A stretch of DNA of 64,000 nucleotides, taken from positions 8,866,001 to 8,930,000 of the forward strand of contig NC_092355.1 of the NCBI RefSeq assembly GCF_963676685.1, written 5' to 3'. Both the position numbers and the translations under genes were made by a program. Shown in pieces: positions 40,281 through 51,559 of the stretch. Each line of letters opens with the position of its first letter. Within the stretch, counting starts at the first letter, position 1. This DNA is from Mytilus edulis. Lineage: Eukaryota. The notes beneath the pieces were generated by a model that worked only from the letters and a program-made list of their open reading frames with translations, was not told where the DNA came from and ran no database searches.

Positions 40281-42007
40281 GAATGAGAGGATATCCTGGT
40301 CGAACTGGATCTCAAGATTTCAATGGGTCTCCAGGAATAAAAGGTAAAACTGGTGAAAGAGGACCTTCTGGACCAACTGGACAAAAAGGAATGGCTGGAG
40401 CCCGTGGTAATGATGGAATGGATGGAGCAATAGGAGCAACAGGTGGTGATGGTATCCAGGGACAACCAGGACAAATAGGACCTGTTGGACCAACTGGACA
40501 AAAAGGAATGGATGGAGCAATAGGAGCAACAGGTGGTGATGGTATCCAGGGACAACCAGGACAAATAGGACCTGTTGGACCAACTGGACAAAAAGGAATG
40601 GATGGAGCAATAGGAGCAACAGGTGGTGATGGTATCCAGGGACAACCAGGACAAATAGGACCTGTTGGACCAACTGGACAAAAAGGAATGGATGGAGCAA
40701 TAGGAGCAACAGGTGCTGACGGTATCCAGGGACAACCAGGACAAATAGGACCTGTTGGACCAACTTGACAAAAAGGAATGGATGGAGCAATAGGAGCAAC
40801 AGGTGCTGACGGTATCCAGGGACAACCAGGACAAATAGGACCTGTTGGACCAACTGGACAAAAAGGAATGGATGGAGCAATAGGAGCAACAGGTGGTGAT
40901 GGTATCCAGGGACAACCAGGACAAATAGGACCTGTTGGACCAACTGGAAAAAAAGGAATGGATGGAGCAATAGGAGCAACAGGTGGTGATGGTATCCAGG
41001 GACAACCAGGACAAACAGGACCTGTTGGACCAACTGGACAAAAAGGAATGGATGGAGCAATAGGAGCAACAGGTGGTGATGGTATCCAGGGACAACCAGG
41101 ACAAACAGGACCTGTTGGACCAACTGGACAAAAAGGAATGGATAGAGCAATAGGAGCAACAGGTGGTGATGGTATCCAGGGACAACCAGGACAAATAGGA
41201 CCTGTTGGACCAACTTGACAAAAAGGAATGGATGGAGCAATAGGAGCAACAGGTGCTGACGGTATCCAGGGACAACCAGGACAAACAGGACCTGTTGGAC
41301 CAACTGGACAAAAAGGAATGGATGGAGCAATAGGAGCAACAGGTGGTGACGGTATCCAGGGACAACCAGGACAAATAGGACCTGTTGGACCAACTGGACA
41401 AAAAGGAATGGATGGAGCAATAGGAGCAACAGGTGGTGATGGTATCAGGGACAACCAGGACAAACAGGACCTGTTGGACCAACTGGACAAAAAGGAATGG
41501 ATGGAGCAATAGGAGCAACAGGTGGTGATGGTATCCAGGGACAACCAGGACAAATAGGACCTGTTGGACCAACTGGACAAAAAGGAATGGATGGAGCAAT
41601 AGGAGCAACAGGTGGTGATGGTATCCAGGGACAACCAGGACAAATAGGACCTGTTGGACCAACTGGACAAAAAGGAATGGATGGAGCAATAGGAGCAACA
41701 GGTGGTGATGGTATCCAGGGACAACCAGGACAAACAGGACCTGTTGGACCAACTGGACAAAAAGGAATGGATGGAGCAATAGGAGCAACAGGTGGTGATG
41801 GTATCCAGGGACAACCAGGACAAACAGGACCTGTTGGACCAACTGGACAAAAAGGAATGGATGAAGCAATAGGAGCAACAGGTGGTGATGGTATCCAGGG
41901 ACAACCAGGAGCCCGTGGTATTGATGGAATGGATGGTGATACTGGACAAACAGGGCCACCTGGACCAACTGGTCCAAAAGGAGAAACTGGTTCAACAGGA
42001 CATAGGG
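40281..42007 (+). pseudogene. Copy B main Gly-X-Y exon, disrupted
   Basis: 1727 bp = 192 triplets minus 1 nt; GGA>TGA at 40766 and 41216; 1-bp deletion at about 41446; Gly substitutions at 40316 (D), 41144 (R) and 41863 (E). Confidence 0.85.
40418..41910 (+). repeat. 90-bp coding tandem repeat, about 16.6 units (MDGAIGATGGDGIQGQPGQIGPVGPTGQKG)
   Basis: ATG of each unit at 40418 + 90n (shifted by 1 after 41446). Confidence 0.97.
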
Positions 42008-42629
42008 GTATTTAAAATTTTAAATATTTGTTGTGCCGTAGGCACATGCTTTTAAATGTGTGATTATATAAATACTTTGATCCAAATTTTATAATCATAT
42101 GACAAACCACAATTTATCTCTATTTTAAATTTGATTTTTTTTTCTTCCATGTTTCTGATTTTGTTTTAAGAAGTATTCACTTTGATAGTTTTAAGATCTT
42201 TTAACTCCTTCGTCGTTTTGTCAATATTGTCTTTCAACAAAAATGTAACTCATCAAGATTATAAAAATGAATAGAAGTCCGAATACTAGTAGCTAGGTAC
42301 TCAATAACTTTATTTTAAACGCCAACTTCTTCTTATTGTAATATACGTATTAAGCTTCTCACTATTGTTAAGCACCTGTTCATCACTAAAAAAGTGAAAC
42401 AAATGGATTATAAAAATTACAATATCATTTCTCAACCAGTTTAATTGAATGCTAACGTGCTACAATTGGATTTCCGTAATACTATATCATTTCACAACCA
42501 GTTTACTCGAATGCTGACGTGCCACAATTGGATTTACCGTAATACAATATCATATCTTAACCAGTTTAATCGAATGCTGACTCCTCAACTTTCTACTTGT
42601 TTTGGCTTTCGAACTTTTTTTTTATCTGA

Positions 42630-42673
42630 TTGTCACTGATGAGTCTTGTGTAGACGAAACGCGCTTCTGGCGT
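42630..42673 (+). ncRNA. Degenerate minimal type I hammerhead ribozyme
   Basis: TTGTCA CTGATGA GTC TTGTGTA GAC GAAAC GCGC TTC TGGCGT; the cleavage triplet reads UUC, which breaks the C-G pair of helix III. Confidence 0.65.
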
Positions 42674-45600
42674 ATTAAATAATAAGTCTGGTACCTTTGA
42701 TTACTATTATAATCTAGGATTTGTTTAATGAATTGCCCCCCTTCCAAAAGAAAAATCACAAAAAAAACCAACCAACATTATTTTTAGGCAAGGGATGATG
42801 TTTTAACAATATTCTTCATTTATATTGAGACTATTTTCAACAAGTTGTCTCGGATTTTCTACAGAGATATATATAACACATAAAAGAAATGTCTAAATAC
42901 TCAAACATAAAACATGACTAAATGTTAATCAGCAAATATCGACGCAAAGTTATAAAGTCAAAAACTCCTAAATATGCACTTGTATTTGTTATTACAGATG
43001 CGTTTTCTAGACTGCACTGAAGGCAACAAAGACCCCTCCAAATCCATACTGGACGTAGGCGTGGACAATGCATTGTTATTTAGTAGTTTTGATGAGAAAA
43101 TGTTCTTTAAACGCGGAGGAAAATATGTATGGAGTAAAGCGGACTTGAGATTGGAGTGGTGACCATAGAAATTGACTTGACCATTTGAGATTATAAATGT
43201 TTGAGGCAGCATAGCATAGAGAAATGTATTAACCCATCCATTGATAGTATTACACTATTAAAAGATTTTAATTGAATGATATTTGCCTTCCAAAATGCTA
43301 TTCCTGACTTTTTATACGAAAACATATTCAACATGATTTTGTAGAATACAACATTATTTATTGCTTATTTAGTTTGTGCTAATGTTGATATATTATTTTT
43401 TGCAACATACATCGGTTTAGGCTGATCTAAAATAAGTGAGTTTACATGATCGATTTTCCAGTAATTTGCAATTGTTTATTTGAAAATCTTTTCATTTGAA
43501 TAACCGGTATTTGTTATCTAATCATACTGTAATATTAATTTGAAAAAAGGAAATTGTATCATTGATTCATTTTTTTATAATTAATTTTATCAAAGGAAAA
43601 TACTCAAGACTATTCCGTTTTTTAGAGGAATTAACTGTAAATATGTGTTGATATAAAAACGAAAATATGTACGGTGACCAGTTTTTTTTTTTTTTTAAAG
43701 CAAATCACATAAGCTTTGTTCCAATTATTTTGTTGTTATTGTTTTCTATTGTTTTATTACGTTTTCTTTGTTTATACTTTTTAAAGTTCTTTTTTTTTCT
43801 AAACGTATAATCATAAAAAAACTCAATTAGACACAAAGTGTAGCTTGACTTGTTCCGGATGACACATTCTTTTCATGTTTTTTTCATAATAGAACAATAG
43901 AAACGATTTTTTGGCAAAGTACGAACTGATGCTTTTGTCTCGTCTGCGACGGATGTCGCGGCAAGTGTGACATAACAATTGCATTTCCGGCGACGATGAT
44001 GATATAGTCACCAATTGTAAAGTTTTCTGCTAAAGTTAGTTTGTTAGGAACTACTTGCAATAGATCTGCTATTTTTAATAAACATTTGCATAACTATAAA
44101 TACATGTATCAGATTGAAGAGTTTTTTGAGGCCCTGTCGCCAAGGTCATGGTCCTGTGACTTTGGATCAATTTTCAATGTTAAGTTTTCTGTTGAATTAA
44201 TATTAATAAGAGCTCCTTATAATAGACAACAATATTTTCGATAAAGTTGCATTGCTTTTTGTGCATCATGGGTTTTTCGACACTTTTGAGGACCTGTACA
44301 TTAGATCATGGTCTAGTGACTGAATAAATAAACAATATTGCTTTCCATTAGATTATTGTTTTCTGAATTGTATCCCGATAGACAAGACGTATCTATGTGT
44401 CAACAGTTTATCTATTTACACTTTTATCTTCCCTTAACACTATAAAAAGACTCTAACAGAGACATATACTATAAAACACATACTACATGTATCAATTGCA
44501 ATTTCATATTAAAATCATAAAATCATTTCCCTATAACGAATAAAGTTTCATCTAACTGCTGATACATGTAGTAGTCATTCATAATCAAACAAACATATTG
44601 TAAAGGTAGTAGTACATGTATGTCAAGGAGTTTATTATACCTAAATTTTATTGCACACTCATATTTGTATCAGGTCTTTATTAGCTTTTTAATTTCATAA
44701 TTATATTACTATTTTTAAATTTATGGCGGACAATATAAAAACCAAGTGTTATTACACATTAATTAAAATTATGAAATATATTAATGTACATACACATATT
44801 TATTGGTATGAAAAAACCTTTATCATATATGCTTTCTGTGATATATTTACCATTTTATTTTAAGTGTAAATAAAAGGACATCAGAAACAGAGAACATATG
44901 CACTTCTATTTCAATTTCATTTTACCTTTGTATTATTGAAATAAACAGTCAACCAGGGTTTAACTGTAACCCTAGGTCATAAAACCTTTATGTCATATTA
45001 AAATTATCAAAATATTTTGCATATTCTAAAAGTAACTTTATATGTAGGAATCAATTCGTGCCAACTATGTATAATTACTTTCCTGAATTAGTGGTTATAT
45101 ATCATAATTGTATATATATTATTCTAAATCATATTACCTCATTGTACAAAGCGTTTATTTAAATTTGATATTTACTCAATCATTGTTATAAAGAATTTGA
45201 CATAAACTTGTTTTCATGATTATTTGTCTCTTATAAAATAAAAAAACCAATAAAATATGAACACTGAATATGTCTCTCCTTGATTGGAACTCAATACAAA
45301 CATCAACATTGTTCCAAAGGTGAGTCTGATCTAGGGACATTTATTTCCTATCTATGATATGTTCCTGGTCGGATCATGATATAAAATAAAAGCAACAGTA
45401 GTATACCAGTGTTCAAGTCATAAATCGATTGAGACAAAACTAATCCGGGTTACTACCTTAACTTGGTGCATCGACACGACGTCATGAAATTATAATTCAT
45501 ATTCAGTAAAATTAAGAAACAGAATATTATTTAGTTTTTAATATTCATAATAGGAATATGAATAGATAATACAAATGGAAAATGGAAAATGTGTCGAAAC

Positions 45601-46187
45601 AATCCGACCAGAGAGAAAAACACAATCCAATGCCACCAAGATGTTTTACGCGTGGCCAGAACATCCCTCACCTGTAGGCGGGCTTCAGTAAATGTATACT
45701 AGTTCAGTGAAATAGACTCCACACTTATCTCCGAAACATACAAGTCTTGTAATAGTATAAACCATGCCTCTTGATCTCCCCCATCATAGTTGGTAAGGAA
45801 AAAGGTTGAATGTCGTACAGTAAACTTTTAAAAAATGTAGTTAAATGGCCAGTTGCGCGAAACGCGCGTCTGGCGTATATATAAAATTTAGTCCTGGTAT
45901 CTATGATGAGTTTATTTATAAGTACGCTCGGTCAGTGATATTTGTTGCGATTGTATATTGTACCACATTTGCACATTTACACTTTCATATTGATTAATAC
46001 ACTTTTAATTATTCGAAATACTAAAGATTTTCTTATCCCAGGCATAGATTAATTTAGCCGTATTTGGCACAACTTTTTAGAATTTTTTGTTCTCAATGCT
46101 CTTCAAAAATGTTCAACTTTGTACTTGCACAGAGCCTAACTACGGCCAACTTTTTTTTTTCTTATTTCCTAAATTGGAAACAAAATA

Positions 46188-47177
46188 ATGAATTCCGATA
46201 GCTCAAATGAAGAAGCTACAATTGCAGAACCTACCGTTCTTGTAGAAATATTAAAGACACTTACAAAAATGGAGGAAAGAATGGGTAAAATTGAGAGGAA
46301 ATTTGACCAAATAGAACAAATTACCTTCAAGCTAGAAGAAATAGAGAACGCGGTCAAAACTATAAATGAAAGAAACGAACAGACTGAGAACAGTTTTGTA
46401 GGTTTAAGCACAGTGGTGGATGACGTTATCAACCAATGTACCGGGAATAAACAGGAAATTCAAGAGCTGAAATTGGAAATGGAAAAAATAGGATCGGAAG
46501 TGAAAAAATCAAACACCGCAAAAGTCACTGATCAATCTAACGTTATTCAAAAAATGGAAGAAAGTTTGATAGATTTAAAGTGTCGCTCTATGAAAAATAA
46601 TCTGATATTTTCTGGTCTACAATACCAGAAGGATGAGCATGTTGAAGAAAAACTTAGAAATTTCTTACAAAACGAACTTAAAATAAACCATCGAATAGAG
46701 TTCGGAAATGCCCATCGGTTTGGAAAACAGGGCTTTAATGGAACGAGGCCAATAGTTGCAAGGTTTTTGTTCAGAAAAGATTTAGAGATGGTGCTTTCTA
46801 GTGCTTACCACCTTAGAGGAAAACCTTTTGGGATTAAAGAGCAGTTTCCGTTTGAAATTGAACAAGCGCGGAAAAAGCTTTATCCTATCTTAAAGAAAGC
46901 CAAACAGGACGGCAAAATGGCAAGCCTGGTACGGGATAAACTATTTATAAACGGGAAATTATACATGGAAGAGAAAATAAAGACACATTCTCAAACACCG
47001 GCAAAAATGACACAACAGAAAATTGAGGCAACCAACCAGAGCCCGCCAATCCCACCGAGATCAAAACGAGCTAGGACTGAGTCAGATAACAGCCCTATAA
47101 GAAGAAATCTCAGAAACAGTGATTCCATACCTTCTCCATCAACACATGCGAACAACACACAACCAAACCAATATTAG
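46188..47177 (+). CDS. LINE ORF1p (coiled coil + RRM + CTD, L1 ORF1/Transposase_22-like)
   Basis: Heptad-rich N-terminal half, RSMKNNLIFSGL, AHRFGK, RPIVARF, EQFP.EI...RKKL, DKLFING motifs. Confidence 0.85.
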   Translation: MNSDSSNEEATIAEPTVLVEILKTLTKMEERMGKIERKFDQIEQITFKLEEIENAVKTINERNEQTENSFVGLSTVVDDVINQCTGNKQEIQELKLEMEKIGSEVKKSNTAKVTDQSNVIQKMEESLIDLKCRSMKNNLIFSGLQYQKDEHVEEKLRNFLQNELKINHRIEFGNAHRFGKQGFNGTRPIVARFLFRKDLEMVLSSAYHLRGKPFGIKEQFPFEIEQARKKLYPILKKAKQDGKMASLVRDKLFINGKLYMEEKIKTHSQTPAKMTQQKIEATNQSPPIPPRSKRARTESDNSPIRRNLRNSDSIPSPSTHANNTQPNQY

Positions 47178-50100
47178 AGTGGCCACGGAGAACAACCAGC
47201 TAGACAACATACAAAAACGAATATTGAAAATGATTTTAAAAGCAGTAATATATTCTCACTCCCGAATTCAGACATTTATAATGCTTCGACTTCAACCAGT
47301 AGCGATACATGTAACAGTCCTAGAAAAAATATTTCAGCTGGTAGTGATCTAAACATTTTATGCCTGAACTGCTGTGGAATTAAGTCTCGCGTGAATTATC
47401 CAGAATTTAAAGACATTATAGATAATCATGAAATAGTATGTCTTGTAGAAACTAAAACCGATGACATTGATGTGATAAATCTTCCCGGTTACGAATTCAA
47501 AATGAAAAACAGGAAAAAAGTTACGAAAACGAGATCGGGTGGTATTACAGTTGGCTACAAAGAACATTTGAAGACAATGATAGAAATAATAGACACAGAA
47601 TGTAAATATGTAATGTGGTTTCAAGTTAACGGTAAAGCATTTAATTTAGATAAACCCGTTGTTTTTGGAGTCGTTTACATACCTCCGGAATATACTAGGT
47701 ATTCCTCAGATGAAGCTGTTAATGAGATTGAACAAGAATTTCTACGCTTTTCGAACATTTCAAATTACATATGCCTCTTAGGGGATTTTAATGCCAGGAC
47801 AGGTTGTGATGATGATTTTGTAATTATAAATGAAGATGAACATGGTGATAATAACTTGTCTGACTTTATCGAAAACCCTATTAATGCTCTAGAAGCTCTG
47901 TATATTCCCACGAAGAGGGAAAGTATGGATAAAGGAAAAAATAGATATGGCAATATGCTGTTAAATTTTTGCAAAGGCAACGGGGTTTTTATACTAAATG
48001 GAAGATTGGGAAGGGATCAAAATATCGGGCGATTTACTTGTCGTAATGCCAGTGTAGTTGATTATTGTATAAGCACTCCTGAACTTTTGAAAACGTTTAA
48101 GGACTTTGAAGTTTTAGATTCAAGTAAGTTATTGTCAGATGTTCATAACCCACTCTCTATTACTTTTTTCTGTGATAAAAACTTGGCAATTGCCCATGCG
48201 GAAAATGTCGATTATTTTAGTAAAAAGAATACGTTTACGAAGATAAAAAGATGGAATTCTGAAAAGATAAAAGATTTTCAAAATAATATTGATGTAGAAA
48301 AAATAGCAGAATTTGAATACAAACTTACAAATACTGATTTAACTGTAGTGAATAAGAACATCATTAATTCACTTATAGATGATCTGTGTAATTTTTTTGT
48401 CAAGTCTGGGCAGACAACTTTTGGTACTTATACTGTAAAACAGAATAAGAAAAGGGGATATTTTGGAAATAAGAATAAACCCTGGTTTGATGAGGAATGT
48501 AAATTTGCACGTCAAAATTACAGGAAATTAAAAAGACGTTTCAAGTCCAAAAATCATTCTAAAAACAATTCAGACATGTTAAATGCCGAAAAAGCGTATA
48601 AAAACATTCTCGATAGCAAATTTAGAAACTTTAGAAAAGATCTTTCAGATAAAATTCAAAATTTGCGTGGCAAAAATCCGAAAGAATATTGGAAAATTTT
48701 AAATCAGAATAAAAGAAAGAAACAACCAGATATTGACATTGGAAAATTACACGATTTTTTCAAAAATTTAAACGCTGCACCGGAAGATGAAAAAAATGTG
48801 CAATTTCCAGAGATCAATCCCATGCAATGTGAACAGATGAATGAACATATAAATTCGCCTTTTTCAAAAGATGAAATTATCCAGTCTATTAAAAAACTGA
48901 AGAATGACAAAGCTTGTGGTGAAGACGAAATTATAAACGAATACATAAAATCCACATCAAACCAGTTTTTATGCATTTATGAGAAACTTTTTAATATTAT
49001 ATTTGATAAAGGTCTTATTCCACATAGGTGGCTTATAGGTACAATTAAACCAATTTATAAAAACAAAGGAAACTCCAAAGATCCAAAGAATTATAGACCA
49101 ATTACTATCGTTAGCTGTCTGGGAAAACTATTTACAGCAGTTTTGAATAAAAGACTTAATGATTTTTCAGAAGAGTTTACCTTAATACAAGAAAATCAAA
49201 GTGGTTTTCGGCAAAAATATTCTACTACAGATAATATTTTTACCTTGCCTTGTATACTTTTTTTGAATTATTGAAATGTAGGAAAAAGAAATTATATTGT
49301 GCCTTTATAGATTTTGAGAAGGCTTTTGACACTGTATGGCGAGATGGTTTGTTTTATAAAATGTTGTTAAATAATATAAATGGTAAGATGTATAAGGTTA
49401 TATCTAATATGTACTGTGATACTAAATCTCGTAAATCATACAATAATTGTAATTCAGAATACTTTGCTTGTGACAACGGCGTACGACAAGGAGAAAACTT
49501 ATCACCTTTCCTATTTTCTCTATTTTTAAACGATTTAGAAGATTTCTTGGTTAGTACAAATATTACAGGACTTAAAACCTTATCAGAAGACCTTGAAAGA
49601 GAATTAAAAATACATCTAAAACTTTTTATCATATTATACGCAGATGACACGGTGCTGTTGGCCGAAACAGCACAGGATCTGCAGACGCAACTCAATGCCT
49701 TTCATGACTATTGTAAGGTTTGGAAACTGAAAGTAAATGTTGACAAAACTAAAACCCTAGTATTTGGTTTGGGACGTTTGCCAAAAAAATCTCCAATTTA
49801 CTTATAATGGCGTAAGCATTGAGTTAGTAAAGCAGTTTAACTATTTGGGTATTGTTTTTACTAAAACAGGAAATTTTAATATGACTAAAAATATTTATCC
49901 GATAAGGCCTTAAAAGCCATGTACGAAGTCCTGAAAATAGGAAGGATGTATCAGCTTTCTGTTAAATGTCAGCTTGACCTTTTTGACAAAATGATCAAGC
50001 CCATTCTATTGTATGGGTGCGAAATATGGGGCTTTGGTAATAATGATATCCTGGAAAAGATTCATTAAATTTTTTAAAATTCTTTTAAACTTGAAATCCT

Positions 50101-50825
50101 CAACGCCAAATTATATGGTTTACGGGGAACTAGGTCGTCATCCGATCGAAATAGATATTAAAGTTCGAACAGTACTATTCTGGGCAAATTTGATATCCGG
50201 TAAACAAGCAAAGTTTTCCTTCATATTATATCAACTTTCTCGTCATATGAACGAGCACCATAATGTCCAGATAAAATGGATCCTGTTTATACAAAAAATA
50301 TTTCAAGATTGTGGTTTCTCATACATATGGGAGTCACAAAATTTTGTTAATAAAGAATGGTTAAAAACTGTTATAAAGCAGAGATTGTTAGATCAATATA
50401 TTCAGAACTGAAATTCCCTCATTCAAAATTCACCAAAAGGTATTAACTACAAAATTTTTAAGAAAAACTTGGAATTCGAAGAATATTTTAATATTTTGGA
50501 CTTCAAAGACGCTATTGTTTTTTGTCGATTTAGAACGACTAATACTAAGCTGCCGATTGAAACAGGAAGATGGCAAAACGTGATCAGAGAAAACCGCTTT
50601 TGCAGTCTATGTAACAATCGACAAATAGGTGACGAATATCATTTTATATTTGAATGCAATTTTTTCCATCAAAAACGCAAAGAGTTTTTAACTGAATATT
50701 TTACAAAACGGCAAAATACAGTTAAATTCTCTGAACTTATGTCAAGTACAAGAAAACCAGTTCTGAAGAAGCTTTGTTCTTTTATAAAAAATATAAATAC
50801 TAGTGTTTGTACTCCTGGCTTGTAA
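47178..50825 (+). pseudogene. LINE ORF2 (AP endonuclease, reverse transcriptase, C-terminal CCHC), frameshifted
   Basis: LNCCGI, CLVETK, GDFNAR, VVDY, SDVH; NYRPI, QSGFR, FIDFEKAFD, GVRQG.NLSP, YADD; CSLC..DEYHFIFEC. Breaks at about 49250 (CCTTG duplication), about 49790, about 49890, about 50065, and TGA at 50409. Confidence 0.9.
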
Positions 50826-50952
50826 CTTTTGTAACCTCTCTCGCTTGTTTTGTACATATTGTAAATATTTATTGTTGTATCTGTTATCTCTGTACCGATG
50901 TAATGCATTGGCTTTATGAGAATAAAGATATATATACAATTATTTGATCTAA

Positions 50953-50996
50953 GCGTCACTGATGAGTCTTATGTAGACGAAACGCGCGTCTGGCGT
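50953..50996 (+). ncRNA. Intact minimal type I hammerhead ribozyme
   Basis: Helix I GCGUCA/UGGCGU, core CUGAUGA, helix II GUC(UUAUGUA)GAC, GAAA, palindromic helix III AC-GCGC-GU, cleavage GUC^ after 50990. Confidence 0.9.
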
Positions 50997-51145
50997 ACTA
51001 AATTATAAGCCTGGTACCTTTGATAACTACTTAGATATACAAAAGTACGCAAACACCTCCAAGTGAAATCAACAATATATCGGAAAAAAACTACTGTCAA
51101 ATATTAACAAACATAAAAACACCAGGGCTAATCTGTCTCGCTTAG

Positions 51146-51535
51146 GGATGTTCGCTACTCTGTGTCAAAATAACAAGCTTTTTAAAAGAAGGTTATAAAT
51201 TGATAGTATATAAGTAAAGAAACTAGAAAAGCAGAACAAAATTAGGGGTCCGTGTGCTTGTTTTCGAGATATAAGCCATTGAAAATTTGGCGGGAAATAT
51301 TTCTCTCTAGATTTTTCATACAATTAACATTGTCATTATTTGTCTTTCAAAACCAATGAAAAAATAACAAGGATTTTATCAGATTTTCAAATATGACTTA
51401 TAAATCTATATGTAATAAAATTATGAAAAGAAAAATAGGGCTTAATGGGCAAAATTTTTAATGGGCACTAGATGGATAAAACCAGAGGATTTCGAATATC
51501 TGACGAAAATTCAAAAACAAGAGGAGCGAACATCC
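51146..51535. mobile_element. MITE, Kolobok-like termini
   Basis: TIR GGATGTTCGCT / AGCGAACATCC flanked by TTAG/TTAA. Confidence 0.7.
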
Positions 51536-51559
51536 TTAAAGCTGAATTATGTAAAGTTT

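Larger units (their letters stand above)
46128..50936 (+). mobile_element. Near full-length degenerate LINE (two ORFs; RTE-X-like by its C-terminus, clade inferred)
   Basis: ORF1 plus APE-RT-CCHC ORF2; AATAAA at 50921 and a short (TA)n tail; interrupts a retrozyme-type unit. Confidence 0.88.

Noticed and set aside
40766-41218. In-frame TGA codons as selenocysteine or programmed readthrough
   Set aside because: They replace obligatory helix glycines and co-occur with a frameshift and other Gly losses; no SECIS evidence.
40232-41995. Long minus-strand ORFs (587, 545 and 369 aa) and 2634-3084
   Set aside because: Antisense shadows of Gly-X-Y repeats; splice signals and paralogy support the + strand.
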